From: Longimicrobiales bacterium
GTDB lineage: Bacteria; Gemmatimonadota; Gemmatimonadetes; Longimicrobiales; Gaopeijiaceae
Length of the DNA: 64,000 bases
Direction of reading: 5' to 3'
NCBI GenBank assembly: GCA_965202805.1
Contig: OZ241869.1
Coordinates: 1,344,001 to 1,408,000 of the forward strand
Shown: positions 31,262 through 44,204 of the stretch, piece by piece
How positions within the stretch are numbered: the stretch's first letter is position 1
Layout of the letters: each line of letters starts with the position of its first letter
Made by a program: the position numbers and the translations under genes
The notes under the pieces: generated by a model
Database searches by the model: none
What the model saw: only the letters and a program-made list of their open reading frames with translations
Told to the model about the DNA's origin: nothing

Positions 31262-32047
31262 TCACGCCCGCGTGAGCGCGTAGAGCACGACCGCGCCCGC
31301 AACCGCCGCGTTGAGCGAATCGGCCGCTCCGGCCATCGGGACGCCCGCACACGCGCTCGCCACCTCGCGGATTTCCGCGCGCACACCCGCGCCCTCGTTG
31401 CCGACCACCAGCATCCACGGCGGTGTGACGGAGAGGGCGGCCGCATCCTGCCCGGCGGCGGCGGCCACGATCACCTGCACGCCGCCCGCCCTGGTACCCA
31501 CCTCGCTCCAGGGCGCGCGCACCACCGGGATGCGGAATACGCTTCCCGCGGACGCGCGCACCACCCGGGCGTTCCAGGGATCCACGGTCCCGTCGAGGGC
31601 GATCACGGCGGTGAGGCCGAAGGCGCGCGCGGTGCGCACCAGGGTGCCCAGGTTGCCCGGATCCTGGATTCCGTCGAGCGCCAGGAAGCGTGCGTCGGGG
31701 GCGAGATGGAGCGCCTCCGGAGCAGGTGCCGGTTCTTCGCAGACCAGCAGGATCCCCTGCGGGCTCGCCGTGGCCGACACCGCCGCCATCTCCCGTTCTC
31801 CCACCCAGTCCGGGGTCACCCGGTCCGCCTCCAGTTCCGTGAGCAGAGCCTCCCCCGCAGGAGAGCGCACCAGCGCGGGCGAGCAGACCGCGAAGCGCAC
31901 GGCCGCGCCGGACGCGAGCGCCTCCCCGGCGGCGCGCACGCCTTCCACCAGCACCAGGCCCTCGCGTACGCGGCTCCGGCCGCTCCCGAGCCGCGCGAGC
32001 AGCCGCGTCCGGCGCTTGCTCAGCACCCCCCGGCCGGAGCCCGTCAC
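31262..32047 (-). CDS. TrmH/SpoU family RNA methyltransferase
   Basis: [42 protein letters not shown]. Confidence 0.94.
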   Translation of the reverse strand: MTGSGRGVLSKRRTRLLARLGSGRSRVREGLVLVEGVRAAGEALASGAAVRFAVCSPALVRSPAGEALLTELEADRVTPDWVGEREMAAVSATASPQGILLVCEEPAPAPEALHLAPDARFLALDGIQDPGNLGTLVRTARAFGLTAVIALDGTVDPWNARVVRASAGSVFRIPVVRAPWSEVGTRAGGVQVIVAAAAGQDAAALSVTPPWMLVVGNEGAGVRAEIREVASACAGVPMAGAADSLNAAVAGAVVLYALTRA

Positions 32048-32182
32048 CTCACCACCTCACCGGATCTTGCATCGGTCACCCCTGCGCAACACCTGCTCAT
32101 TCCTCGAAAGCCGGGTATGTTCCTCGGGTGCCGGTCGCCCGACCGCACCTGAGTCCCCGCGTCGATCTTCCGCCACCGTCCC

Positions 32183-33013
32183 ATGCCAGCTGCACCCGGA
32201 TCACCTCCCGGCCCGCCGCCGGTCGCGCTCACCATAGCCGGGAGCGATTCCGGCGGCGGCGCGGGCGTCCAGGCGGACCTCAAGACCTTCCACGCATTCG
32301 GCGTGTTCGGGACGTCGGCCGTGACCGCCATCACCGCCCAGAACACCCTGGGGGTGAGCGCGGTCCATCCCGTTCCGCCGGCAGTCGTGCGCGCGCAGAT
32401 CGACGCCGTCGCCGTCGACCTTCGCCCACGCGCCCTCAAGACCGGAATGCTGGCGACCGCCGAGCTGGTCGACGTCGTCGCCGAGGCCATCGCCGCTCAC
32501 AGCCTCGGCGCCTATGTGATGGATCCCGTGATGGTCGCCGCCAGCGGCCATCGCCTGCTCGAGCCCGATGCCGAGGCGACGCTGGCACGCCGGCTGCTTC
32601 CGCGGGCCGCGCTCGTGACGCCCAACCTGCACGAGGCGGCGCTGCTCACCGGCACCGAGGTCGACTCTCTCGCGGCAATGAAGGCGGCGGCCCGTCACCT
32701 GGTCAAGATGGGGGCGGGAGCGGCGCTGGTGAAGGGCGGCCACCTGCCCTCGGGCGAGGCCGCGGACGTGTTCTGGGACGGGAGCGGGGAGCTCATCTGG
32801 CGCCGTCCGCGCATCGCGACCCGTCATGTGCACGGTACCGGCTGCACGCTCTCCGCGGCGGTGGCGGCCGGCCTGGCGCGCGGAACCCGGCTCCCTCAGG
32901 CCGTGGACGCGGCCATCGACTTTGTCGCGCGCGCGATCGCGTCCGCGCCACGGTTGGGGGCGGGCGGCGGCCCCATCAACCATTTCGCCGGGGCGCGGAC
33001 GGGCGGCAACTGA
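32183..33013 (+). CDS. thiD: Hydroxymethylpyrimidine/phosphomethylpyrimidine kinase
   Basis: [46 protein letters not shown]. Confidence 0.96.
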   Translation: MPAAPGSPPGPPPVALTIAGSDSGGGAGVQADLKTFHAFGVFGTSAVTAITAQNTLGVSAVHPVPPAVVRAQIDAVAVDLRPRALKTGMLATAELVDVVAEAIAAHSLGAYVMDPVMVAASGHRLLEPDAEATLARRLLPRAALVTPNLHEAALLTGTEVDSLAAMKAAARHLVKMGAGAALVKGGHLPSGEAADVFWDGSGELIWRRPRIATRHVHGTGCTLSAAVAAGLARGTRLPQAVDAAIDFVARAIASAPRLGAGGGPINHFAGARTGGN

Positions 33014-33191
33014 GTTCCGGGAGACCCCCCGGCCGAGTCGCCTCCCTCCACCGTTCCCCGAGTTACCCCGGCTCCCATCTTCGATCCGGGCGCGGATGGC
33101 TGTATCGGGGATGCAAAGAGGCTGGTGGGCGATGGCGGCAGACGATGCCATCACCCCTCCGTCGCGTGTTGGGCCGACGGTGCGCCGACAG

Positions 33192-33365
33192 TCAGTAGAG
33201 GACAAGGACTGCCAGCAAGAGGAGTACGGCGCTCAACTGGAGACCCACCACCAACCTCCGTCGGCCCGGAGACATGTTCCGGCCAATGAAGGGGAGCAGG
33301 CAAAGCGCAACGAGATTGCTCCCGAGGCATACCACGATGACGCCGCGTACTACGGTCTCGTCCAC
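33192..33365 (-). CDS. Small two-TM membrane protein, hypothetical
   Basis: GGAGG 9 nt before GTG 33365; 57 aa with two hydrophobic helices separated by a basic loop; co-oriented after punA. Confidence 0.5.
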   Translation of the reverse strand: MDETVVRGVIVVCLGSNLVALCLLPFIGRNMSPGRRRLVVGLQLSAVLLLLAVLVLY

Positions 33366-33423
33366 TTCTCGTACCTCCTCTGACCGCTCCATCTCCCGGC
33401 TCGCCTTATCGCGTGAGCGCGTG

Positions 33424-34287
33424 TCAGACGGAAAACGCACCCCCCGCCAGCATCCCCCGGATCACCCGCTCCAGCACCGCACCCGCCCGGTTCCCCACCT
33501 CCAGCACCTCCTCATGGGAGATGGCGTCCGCTCCGTCGGCGCCCGGCGCCATCCCCACCCCGCACGCCATGTTGGTGACCATGGCGAACGCCAGCACCCG
33601 CACGCCGCGCGCGCGGAGCGTGAGCACTTCGGGTACGACCGACATCCCCACCACGTCCCCGCCCATCCGTTCGACCATGCGTACCTCGGCCGGGGTCTCG
33701 AAGCTGGGGCCGAGCAGCGCCGCGTACGTGCCTCGCGCAAGACGGACGCCCAGTCGTGCAGCCTCTGCGAGCGCCGCCTGCTGCAGCTCCGGGTCGTAGG
33801 GGACGCTCATGTCGGGGAACGGGGTTGCGTCCCCCGCCGGGGCGGGCGGCGGCAGCGGTGTGCGCGCGAGCAGGTTGACATGGTCGTCGATCACCACCAA
33901 GGTACCCGGCCGCAGGCGCGTGTCGACACCTCCCACCGCGGCGGTGATGACGGAACTCCTCACTCCCAGGGCCGCCGCGATGCGGGCCGGCGCGGAGATC
34001 ACCCACGGCGGATGGCCCTCGTAGAAGTGCAGCCGCCCGCACTGCACGACGACCGGCACCCCCTCACAGCGCCCGAAGAGGAAATGGCCCGCGTGCCCCG
34101 CAATCCCCGCCGATGGGAGGCCGGGAATCTCCCCGAACGGCACTTCCTCCTCGACGTCGACCAGCCGTTCGAGCCCGCTCAATCCTGAACCGAGCAGCAG
34201 ATGCACCCGCGGAGCCGTGCGCATGCGGGCGCGCAACGACGCAACCACGGCGCCGAAGTCCTGCGCCGGCGCGATACCCGGCTTCAC
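33424..34287 (-). CDS. punA: Purine-nucleoside phosphorylase (trimeric type)
   Basis: LGSGL, GHAG, GRLHFYEG, GPSFETPAE, VGMSVVPE, TNMA, SHEEV. Confidence 0.94.
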   Translation of the reverse strand: MKPGIAPAQDFGAVVASLRARMRTAPRVHLLLGSGLSGLERLVDVEEEVPFGEIPGLPSAGIAGHAGHFLFGRCEGVPVVVQCGRLHFYEGHPPWVISAPARIAAALGVRSSVITAAVGGVDTRLRPGTLVVIDDHVNLLARTPLPPPAPAGDATPFPDMSVPYDPELQQAALAEAARLGVRLARGTYAALLGPSFETPAEVRMVERMGGDVVGMSVVPEVLTLRARGVRVLAFAMVTNMACGVGMAPGADGADAISHEEVLEVGNRAGAVLERVIRGMLAGGAFSV

Positions 34288-34358
34288 GGAGCCCTCCGCG
34301 CGACCTTCACGGAGCCGTCCCCACGACCCTCACGGAGCCATCCCCGCGACCTTCACGG
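34283..34358. repeat. Degenerate 23-bp tandem repeat x3.3 over the punA start
   Basis: TTCACGGAGCCCTCCGCGCGACC / TTCACGGAGCCGTCCCCACGACC / CTCACGGAGCCATCCCCGCGACC / TTCACGG. Confidence 0.9.
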
Positions 34359-34370
34359 GACGGCCTCCGC

Positions 34371-34402
34371 CCGGATCAGCCGGATCAGCCGGATCAGCCG
34401 GA
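34371..34402. repeat. 9-bp tandem repeat x3.5
   Basis: CCGGATCAG x3 plus CCGGA. Confidence 0.92.
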
Positions 34403-34433
34403 CCACCCCCGACCCGAGCGGCCATCCCCGGCC

Positions 34434-35951
34434 TCATAGGATCATCCCGGCCACGGTGGCGGTCATGAACGCGGCGAGCGTACCCCCGACCATCGCCCGC
34501 AGCCCGATGCGCGACAGGTCGCGCCGCCGCGAGGGCGCGATGCCGCCGATGCCGCCGATCTGGATGGCGATGGAGGAGAAGTTGGCGAAGCCGCAGAGGG
34601 CGTACGTGGCGATGACGACCGAGCGCGGATGCAGGGTGGAGTCCTCCCCGAGCAGGCCGGCGAGCTCGACGTAGGCCACGAACTCGTTCAGCGCCGTCTT
34701 GATCCCCATCAGCGAGCCCACCTGCGCGGCATCGGCCCAGGGCACCCCCATGAGCCACGCCAGCGGCGCCAGGGCCAGCCCCAGCACCGACTGCAGGGTG
34801 AGGTCCGGCAGGCCGACCAGGCCCCCGGCCCAACCCATGAGCCCGTTGATCAGGTAGATCAGCGCCACGAAGGCGAGCAGCATGGCCCCCACGTTGAGCG
34901 CCAGCCGCAGTCCGTCACCGGCCCCGCGCGCCGCCGCATCGATGACGTTGACGTCCGGCTTTTCCACGTCCGTCACCAGGCGGCCCGCCGTCTCGGGCTC
35001 GCCGTCCTCCGGATACATGAGCTTGCCCATCATCAGCGCCGCCGGCGCGGACATGACCGACGCCGCCATCAGGTGCCCGGCGATGTCCGGGAAGTATGAG
35101 ATGAGGAAGCCGACATAGGCCGCCATCACCCCGCCGGCCACCGTCGCGAAGCCGGCGGTCATCACCGCGTTCAGCTCCGACATGGTCATCTTCTCGACGA
35201 AGGGCTTGATGAGGAGGGGAGCCTCGGTCTGGCCCACGAAGATGTTGCCCGCCGCGGAAAGCGTTTCGGCCCCCGAGGTGCGCATGGTGCGCTGCATCAC
35301 CCACGCCATCCCGCGGACCACGAACTGCATTACTCCCAGGTGATAGAGAACCGTCATCAGGGAGGCCAGGAAGATGATGGTGGGGAGGACGGTGAAGGCC
35401 ACGTAGGCGCCCGGGTTGGCGACCTGGCCCGGGATCGGGTTGAAGTCGCCGCCGCCCGGCTCCCCGGTCCCGATGGGGATGTTGTTGTCGACCAGGTTGC
35501 CGAAGATGAAGCGCGCGCCCTCGAGCGTGTATCCGAGCAGCCCCACGACCACGGTATTGGCGCCCTGGAAGATCGCCAGTCCGATGGCCGTCTTCAGGAT
35601 GAAGAAGGCGAAGACCAGCTGGAGCGAGACCCCCCAGGCCACGACGCGCCACGGGATGGCGGCCCGGTTGATGCTGAAGGCCCAGGCGAGCGCGCCCAGA
35701 GCGAGCACGCCGAGCAGCGACCGAAGGCGCTCCGGAAACGAGGTGTCCAGCCCCTCGGATGCGATCGAGATCCCGAGCCCGGGACCCTGCTGGGCGGCGG
35801 CCGCCACCTCCGGCGCGGGCGCGTCCCCCGCCCCGGCCGCGCCCAGCGACGAAGCCGCCAGGCCGGCCCCGACCAGGAGCGCCCACACCACCCACAGCAT
35901 CCGGAGCGCGGATCCGGGACCGGCGCGAGGTCCGGCAAACGCCCCGCTCAT
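34434..35951 (-). CDS. nupC: Concentrative nucleoside transporter (CNT/NupC family)
   Basis: [56 protein letters not shown]; start uncertain (35951 or 35900). Confidence 0.95.
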   Translation of the reverse strand: MSGAFAGPRAGPGSALRMLWVVWALLVGAGLAASSLGAAGAGDAPAPEVAAAAQQGPGLGISIASEGLDTSFPERLRSLLGVLALGALAWAFSINRAAIPWRVVAWGVSLQLVFAFFILKTAIGLAIFQGANTVVVGLLGYTLEGARFIFGNLVDNNIPIGTGEPGGGDFNPIPGQVANPGAYVAFTVLPTIIFLASLMTVLYHLGVMQFVVRGMAWVMQRTMRTSGAETLSAAGNIFVGQTEAPLLIKPFVEKMTMSELNAVMTAGFATVAGGVMAAYVGFLISYFPDIAGHLMAASVMSAPAALMMGKLMYPEDGEPETAGRLVTDVEKPDVNVIDAAARGAGDGLRLALNVGAMLLAFVALIYLINGLMGWAGGLVGLPDLTLQSVLGLALAPLAWLMGVPWADAAQVGSLMGIKTALNEFVAYVELAGLLGEDSTLHPRSVVIATYALCGFANFSSIAIQIGGIGGIAPSRRRDLSRIGLRAMVGGTLAAFMTATVAGMIL

Positions 35952-36003
35952 GGCGCCATCCCGGCATGGGATTTCATCCCGGCGGCGGAGGGGCCCGGAG
36001 GAC

Positions 36004-36045
36004 GGAAGTCGGAAGGCGTGGGAAGGAAGTCGGAAGGCGTGGGAA
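36004..36045. repeat. 21-bp intergenic tandem duplication
   Basis: GGAAGTCGGAAGGCGTGGGAA x2. Confidence 0.9.
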
Positions 36046-36123
36046 GCATGTCGGATCCGGTTTGGGTGGACGGGCTCGACGCCCATCATAACCCGATTGC
36101 CCAAAAACCGCCCAGCGGGCCGA

Positions 36124-36176
36124 AAAGTCTGCCATTTTGTCAGGTCCCGGCGGGAAAGTCTGCCATTTTGTCAGGT
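36124..36176. promoter_or_regulatory. Pair of dyad sites upstream of dnaK (candidate activator sites)
   Basis: AAAGTCTGCCATTTTGTCAGGT at 36124-36145 and 36155-36176; core CTGCCA-TTT-TGTCAG; 31 bp period. Confidence 0.75.
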
Positions 36177-36191
36177 TTCTCGTCGAAAAAG

Positions 36192-36207
36192 GGGCACGAA
36201 CGTTGCT
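36192..36207 (+). promoter_or_regulatory. Sigma-54 (-24/-12) promoter of dnaK
   Basis: GGGCACGAACGTTGCT versus consensus TGGCACG-N4-TTGCW; GG-N10-GC spacing exact; 53 nt before ATG. Confidence 0.78.
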
Positions 36208-36260
36208 CAACACCCGGCGACACCCCGTTATCGGAAACGCACAACATCCAAGGAGAACAG

Positions 36261-38189
<1,929 letters not shown>

Positions 38190-38367
38190 TCCCCCGGAGG
38201 CGTCCGTGCGGCGCCGCGCCGGGCCATGTTCCCGCCGGGACAACTCTTGGGCGGCGCGGCGCATCGAAAGGGGCGCGCACAAACAGAGAGAAACCGGTGG
38301 CGCGGGGATGTGTAGCAGCAGTCAGCATCCCTCGCCCCGGCTGCAGAAATACCACAGGAGGCCAGGC

Positions 38368-39900
38368 ATGTTCGATCCCCTGAAGACCAAGATGAAAGTG
38401 ATCTTCTACGTCGCCCTCGCGTTCCTGGTCGGCGTGGGCGTCGCCTCGGGGATGGGATGGACGCAGGACGCGGTCGCAACCCCCGCGGTCTCGGTCGCTC
38501 CCCAGATCCCCGCCGAGGCGATTCAGCCGGCGCGCGACCTGAGCGATTCGTTCGTTCGGGTGGCGGAGGTGGTCACGCCCGCGGTAGTGAGCATTACCAC
38601 CCGCCGCGTAGTGCGAGCCACCGCCAGCGACCCTTTCCGCAACTGGTTCGGCACACCGGACCCCGAGCCGCGCGGCGGCAGCGGCAGTGGATTCCTGGTT
38701 TCGAGCGACGGCTACATCCTGACCAACAACCATGTCGTGGAGGACGCGGACGGCATCACGGTCCAGTTGGAGGACCGGCGCTCCTTCGAGGCGACCCTGG
38801 TCGGGGGTGATCCCACCACGGACGTCGCGGTGATCAAGGTGGAGGGCAGCGACCTGCCCACGGCCAGCCTGGGCGACTCCGACGGAGTGCGCGTAGGCGA
38901 GTGGGTGCTCGCGGTGGGCAATCCCGGCTTCGGGCCGGCCGGGGGGAACACCTCGTTCAACCACACCGTGACCGCGGGCATCGTCAGCTTCAAGGGTCGG
39001 CCGCTGGGCATCATCGGCAACGAGCTGCGTAACGACCCCGAGTCGCAGGAAGCCGCCCAGTACGCGATCGAGGACTTCATCCAGACCGACGCGGTCATCA
39101 ACCCCGGGAATTCCGGGGGGCCGATGGTCAACCTCGAGGGGCAGGTGATCGGCATCAATTCCGCGATCGCCAGCGGAGACGGCTACTACCAGGGATACGG
39201 CTTTGCGATTCCGATCAGCCTCGCGCGCCGTGTGATGGAGGATCTCATCGAGTACCGCGCGGTGCGACGCGCCTTCTTGGGCGTGCAGATCGGGCCGGTG
39301 GGGCCCGAGGACGCCGAAGTGTACGGGCTCCCCGAGGTGAGCGGCGCGCTGGTTCAGGACGTCACCGAGGGCAGGGCAGCCGAGGACGCGGGGCTGCAGC
39401 CGCAGGACGTGATCGTCGCCATCGACGACGACCCCGTCGACTACTCGAACCAGTTGCAGCAGCTCGTGGCGCGCAAGCGGCCGGGAGACCGGGTGCGCAT
39501 CGCGTACTACCGCGACGGCGAGCGGCAGGAAACCGAGGTCCGGCTGGGCGAGTCCCCGCTCAACGAAGCTGCCACCGCGGCGGCGCCCGAGCGGACGACG
39601 CGTGCCGAGGAGAGGCTGGGGATCGAGGTCGTGGACAACAGCCCCGAGCTGGCCCGGCGCTATCAGTTCCGCATCGACGATGGCGTGCTCGTCAGCGGCG
39701 TCACCCGCATGGGTCCCGCCGACCGGCGCGGCGTCCAGGCCGGCGACCTGCTTGTGCGCATCAACCGGCGGCAGGTGGAATCCGCGGATGAAGTCACGGA
39801 ACTCCTGGCCGATGTCCAGCCTGGCGAAATCGTCACGCTGGTTCTGGCCAACCCGGTCACCGGCCGGCAGCGCTTCACCAACATCCGCATGCCGGAGTGA
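38368..39900 (+). CDS. degP: DegP/DegQ (HtrA) serine protease with two PDZ domains
   Basis: GSGF, TNNHVV, DVAVIK, IQTDAVINPGNSGGP; two PDZ-like domains. Confidence 0.94.
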   Translation: MFDPLKTKMKVIFYVALAFLVGVGVASGMGWTQDAVATPAVSVAPQIPAEAIQPARDLSDSFVRVAEVVTPAVVSITTRRVVRATASDPFRNWFGTPDPEPRGGSGSGFLVSSDGYILTNNHVVEDADGITVQLEDRRSFEATLVGGDPTTDVAVIKVEGSDLPTASLGDSDGVRVGEWVLAVGNPGFGPAGGNTSFNHTVTAGIVSFKGRPLGIIGNELRNDPESQEAAQYAIEDFIQTDAVINPGNSGGPMVNLEGQVIGINSAIASGDGYYQGYGFAIPISLARRVMEDLIEYRAVRRAFLGVQIGPVGPEDAEVYGLPEVSGALVQDVTEGRAAEDAGLQPQDVIVAIDDDPVDYSNQLQQLVARKRPGDRVRIAYYRDGERQETEVRLGESPLNEAATAAAPERTTRAEERLGIEVVDNSPELARRYQFRIDDGVLVSGVTRMGPADRRGVQAGDLLVRINRRQVESADEVTELLADVQPGEIVTLVLANPVTGRQRFTNIRMPE

Positions 39901-39950
39901 CTCTCCCGGAGAAGAAGAGGCTGCAGGGACCCGGGTTCCTCCGCGCGCTG

Positions 39951-39980
39951 TTGTAGTCCCGCCGGCCGCTCGCTTATCTT
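39951..39980 (+). promoter_or_regulatory. Putative sigma-70 promoter for tRNA-Leu/tig
   Basis: TTGTAG-18 nt-TATCTT. Confidence 0.4.
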
Positions 39981-40044
39981 TTCAGGCTTGTGTCATGCTC
40001 CGGGGGTGGCGCGGAGGAGAACTCCGCCCGGACCCGGGCTTTCC

Positions 40045-40127
40045 GCGAAAGTGGCGGAATTGGTAGACGCGCGGGATTTAGGATCCCGTGGCCGCGGGCC
40101 GTGGGGGTTCGAGTCCCCCCTTTCGCA
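40045..40127 (+). tRNA. tRNA-Leu (TAG)
   Basis: Acceptor GCGAAAG/CTTTCGC, D arm TGGCGGAATTGGTAGAC, anticodon stem CGGGA-TTTAGGA-TCCCG, long variable arm, GGTTCGAGTCC; CCA not encoded. Confidence 0.97.
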
Positions 40128-40199
40128 TCCTCTCCTGACCGGAGCCGCACTCCCCTCGCTCAAGCGAACCTCCCGAACAGCCATGACGAGCCTCGAACC

Positions 40200-41462
40200 T
40201 TGACCATCGACCCCGCGCGCCTGCGCGTATCCGTCACCGAAGGCGAGCGCTGGCGGCGCGAGCTCGCCATCACGGTTCCCGCCGACATCGTCGGGCGCGA
40301 ACGCGCGCGCATCATGGGCGGCCTTTCCGGGCGCGTGCGCATGGCGGGCTTCCGCAAGGGCAGGATCCCGGCAAGGGTGCTCGAGCAGCGCTACGGGCCG
40401 GCGGTCGAGCAGGAGACGCTGGAAAAGCTCCTGAACGAAGCGACCCGGGCGGCCATCCGGAGCGAGCAGCTGCGGCCCATCAGCGATCCCGAAGTAGGCG
40501 CGGTGCGGAGCGAACCCGGGGCGGATCTCTTCTTCGAGATCTCGTTCGATGTCGAGCCGCGCATCGAAATCGAGCGCAGCGGCGGGTTCGTGGTGGAGAG
40601 GCCGGCGGTCGCCGTCGGCGACGCGGACATCGACGCGGTCCTGCTCCGCCTGCGGCAGCAGAACGGCGCCTGGCGGCCGCTGGAGGACGGATTCCCGGAA
40701 GCGGGCAACGCGGTTTCGGTGAGCATCCTGCAGCTGGAGCAGGAGGACGCCGAGGCGAGGGACTACGAGTTCATTCTGGGCGAGGGCGACGCGATTCCGG
40801 ATGTGGAACGCGCCATCGAGCAGCTCGAAGTGGGCACGGAGGGCGACTTCGTGGTCCGGTTCCCCGACGACTTCCCCAACGAGGAGCGGAGGGGCGAAGA
40901 GGAGCTCCTGCGCATCCGGCTCGTCAGCCGCAAGGTTCTCGATCTCCCGGAGCTGGACGACGACTTCGCCGCCAGCCTGGATTTCGCGAACCTCGACGAT
41001 CTCCGGGACAAGGTCCGGGCGGATCTGGGGCAGACCGCCGCCGGCCAGGCCGAACAGGTGGTGCGCGCGCGTCTCATGGAGTTCGTGCTGGAGGCCAACT
41101 CCTTCGAGGCACCGGACTCCATGGTGGACCGGTACCTGGAGGCGGTGGCGGCCGACGGACCCGAAGGCGTTCCTCCCGAAAAGGTGGAGGAGATGAAGGC
41201 CGCCGTCCGGCCGCGCGCGGAGAACGCGGTTCGCACCATGCTGGCGGTGGAGAGCCTGGCCCGGGCGAACGATCTGGTCGCCACCCCGCTGGAGGTGTCG
41301 GAGCGCATCGACGAGATCGCGCGCAGGAACGGCGTGAAGCCGGAGACGGTGGAGGCCCAGCTGCGCAGAAACGGGCGCATGGAGTCGCTGGAGCGCGAGA
41401 TTACCGAGGGGAAGGTGTTCGAATTCCTGAAGCAGCAGTCCGAGATCATCCAGGCCGGCTGA
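40200..41462 (+). CDS. tig: Trigger factor
   Basis: GFRKGRIP ribosome-binding motif, FKBP-like FPDDF, LPELDDDFA; precedes clpP; TTG start inferred. Confidence 0.95.
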   Translation: MTIDPARLRVSVTEGERWRRELAITVPADIVGRERARIMGGLSGRVRMAGFRKGRIPARVLEQRYGPAVEQETLEKLLNEATRAAIRSEQLRPISDPEVGAVRSEPGADLFFEISFDVEPRIEIERSGGFVVERPAVAVGDADIDAVLLRLRQQNGAWRPLEDGFPEAGNAVSVSILQLEQEDAEARDYEFILGEGDAIPDVERAIEQLEVGTEGDFVVRFPDDFPNEERRGEEELLRIRLVSRKVLDLPELDDDFAASLDFANLDDLRDKVRADLGQTAAGQAEQVVRARLMEFVLEANSFEAPDSMVDRYLEAVAADGPEGVPPEKVEEMKAAVRPRAENAVRTMLAVESLARANDLVATPLEVSERIDEIARRNGVKPETVEAQLRRNGRMESLEREITEGKVFEFLKQQSEIIQAG

Positions 41463-41489
41463 GCCGGACCAACGGAGAACGACAACCCG

Positions 41490-42110
41490 ATGCCTATTTT
41501 TCCTCCGTACGTCATCGAGCGGACGAGCCGCGGAGAACGAAGCTACGACATCTTCAGCCGCCTGCTGATGGACCGCATCGTCTTCCTGGGCTCGCACATC
41601 GACGACAACGTGGCCAATGTCATCCTGGCTCAGCTTCTCTTTCTGGACGCGGAGGATCCCGAGCGGGACATTTACCTGTATATCAACTCGCCGGGCGGAA
41701 GCGTCTATGCCGGACTCGCCATCTTCGACACCATGCGGCACCTGCGGGCGCCGGTCGCCACCTACTGCGTGGGCATGGCGGCTTCGATGGCCGCGATCCT
41801 GGTGGCCTCGGGAGCGCCGGGCAAGCGGAGCGCCCTGCCCAACTCGCGCATCATGATTCACCAGCCGTCCACGGGGGCGCAGGGCACCGCGGCCGACATC
41901 GAGATCGCCGCCCGCGAGGTGCTGGACATCCGCGAGCGGCTCAACGGAATCCTCGCGGACTGTACCGGGCAGCCGATCGAGAAGATCGCGCAGGACGTGG
42001 ACCGGGACCGCTTCATGGGCCCCGACGAGGCGCGCGACTACGGCCTCATCGACCGGGTGCTGGTGGGCCGGGAGGAAGAAGCCGCCAAGGCCCTGCGCCT
42101 TGAGGAATAG
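41490..42110 (+). CDS. clpP: Clp protease proteolytic subunit
   Basis: [32 protein letters not shown]. Confidence 0.99.
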   Translation: MPIFPPYVIERTSRGERSYDIFSRLLMDRIVFLGSHIDDNVANVILAQLLFLDAEDPERDIYLYINSPGGSVYAGLAIFDTMRHLRAPVATYCVGMAASMAAILVASGAPGKRSALPNSRIMIHQPSTGAQGTAADIEIAAREVLDIRERLNGILADCTGQPIEKIAQDVDRDRFMGPDEARDYGLIDRVLVGREEEAAKALRLEE

Positions 42111-42153
42111 AATCGCAGCCGGATCCTGAACACCCGCATCGCGGAGCAGACCC

Positions 42154-43407
<1,254 letters not shown>

Positions 43408-43538
43408 GCGCGCCGGACGGGCGGCGGAGGGCCGTGCGCTCGCACCCGGCGCATGGGCGTCCGGCCGCGGGTGCGCGGCGGCCCCCGCCCGGTCCGGTCC
43501 GGGAGTGTTCCGGGGACGGCCCCAACCCGCGGGAAGCC

Positions 43539-44165
43539 ATGATCATTCGCAGCGTCGAGTTCGCGGGCAGCCACGTCGATCCGGGCGTGTCGGTCGCGCC
43601 CGAACTTCCCCACGTCGCCTTCTGGGGCCGCTCCAACGTCGGGAAGTCATCGCTCATCAACGTGCTGCTGCGGCGCACCCGCAAGAAGGTGGCGCGCGTA
43701 TCGGCGCGCCCGGGCAAGACCCAGACCCTCAACTTCTACATCGTCAACCGCCGCTTCGTGCTGGTCGATCTGCCGGGCTTCGGCTACGCCAAGGTGCCGC
43801 GCACCCTGCGCGAGAGCTGGCAGCGGCTGGTGCGCCGCTATCTGAAGCGGAGCCGCGAGCTTGCCGGGGTGGTGCTCCTGATCGATGCCCGGCGCGATCC
43901 CTCGCCCGCCGACCTGGCCGCCGTCGAGCTCCTGGGTGAGGTCGGCTTGCCCGCCCTGATCGTAGTCACCAAGATCGACAAGACGGGAAAGCGCGCCCGG
44001 GAGCAGCGAGTCGCAAGCCTGCGCGAACGGCTCGCGGTGTCGGGGGACCAGTTGCTGGTGTCCTCGGCACGCACCGGCGAGGGCCGCGAGGAACTCCTCG
44101 GCGCGATCGACGATTTGCTGGAGGATGGCGGCGAAGGCCCGGATGGCCGCGGGAGCACGGAGTAG
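43539..44165 (+). CDS. yihA: Ribosome biogenesis GTPase YihA/EngB
   Basis: GRSNVGKSSLIN, PGKTQTLNFY, VDLPGFGYA, TKID. Confidence 0.96.
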   Translation: MIIRSVEFAGSHVDPGVSVAPELPHVAFWGRSNVGKSSLINVLLRRTRKKVARVSARPGKTQTLNFYIVNRRFVLVDLPGFGYAKVPRTLRESWQRLVRRYLKRSRELAGVVLLIDARRDPSPADLAAVELLGEVGLPALIVVTKIDKTGKRAREQRVASLRERLAVSGDQLLVSSARTGEGREELLGAIDDLLEDGGEGPDGRGSTE

Positions 44166-44204
44166 TGGCGTTTGCCGGGGACGCCGGGGCCAGGAGGACG
44201 ATCC

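Noticed and set aside
32048..32182. TPP riboswitch upstream of thiD
   Set aside because: No CTGAGA or related TPP consensus visible in the spacer.
34283..34402. Possible mini CRISPR array
   Set aside because: Units are contiguous with no unique spacers and no cas genes.
35340..36260. N-terminal extension of DnaK in the 949-aa ORF
   Set aside because: Open frame runs antisense to nupC and through the promoter; canonical start with RBS is at 36261.
40045..40200. tRNA-Leu as an integration site
   Set aside because: Directly followed by tig in the usual arrangement; no duplicated tRNA 3' end seen in the window.
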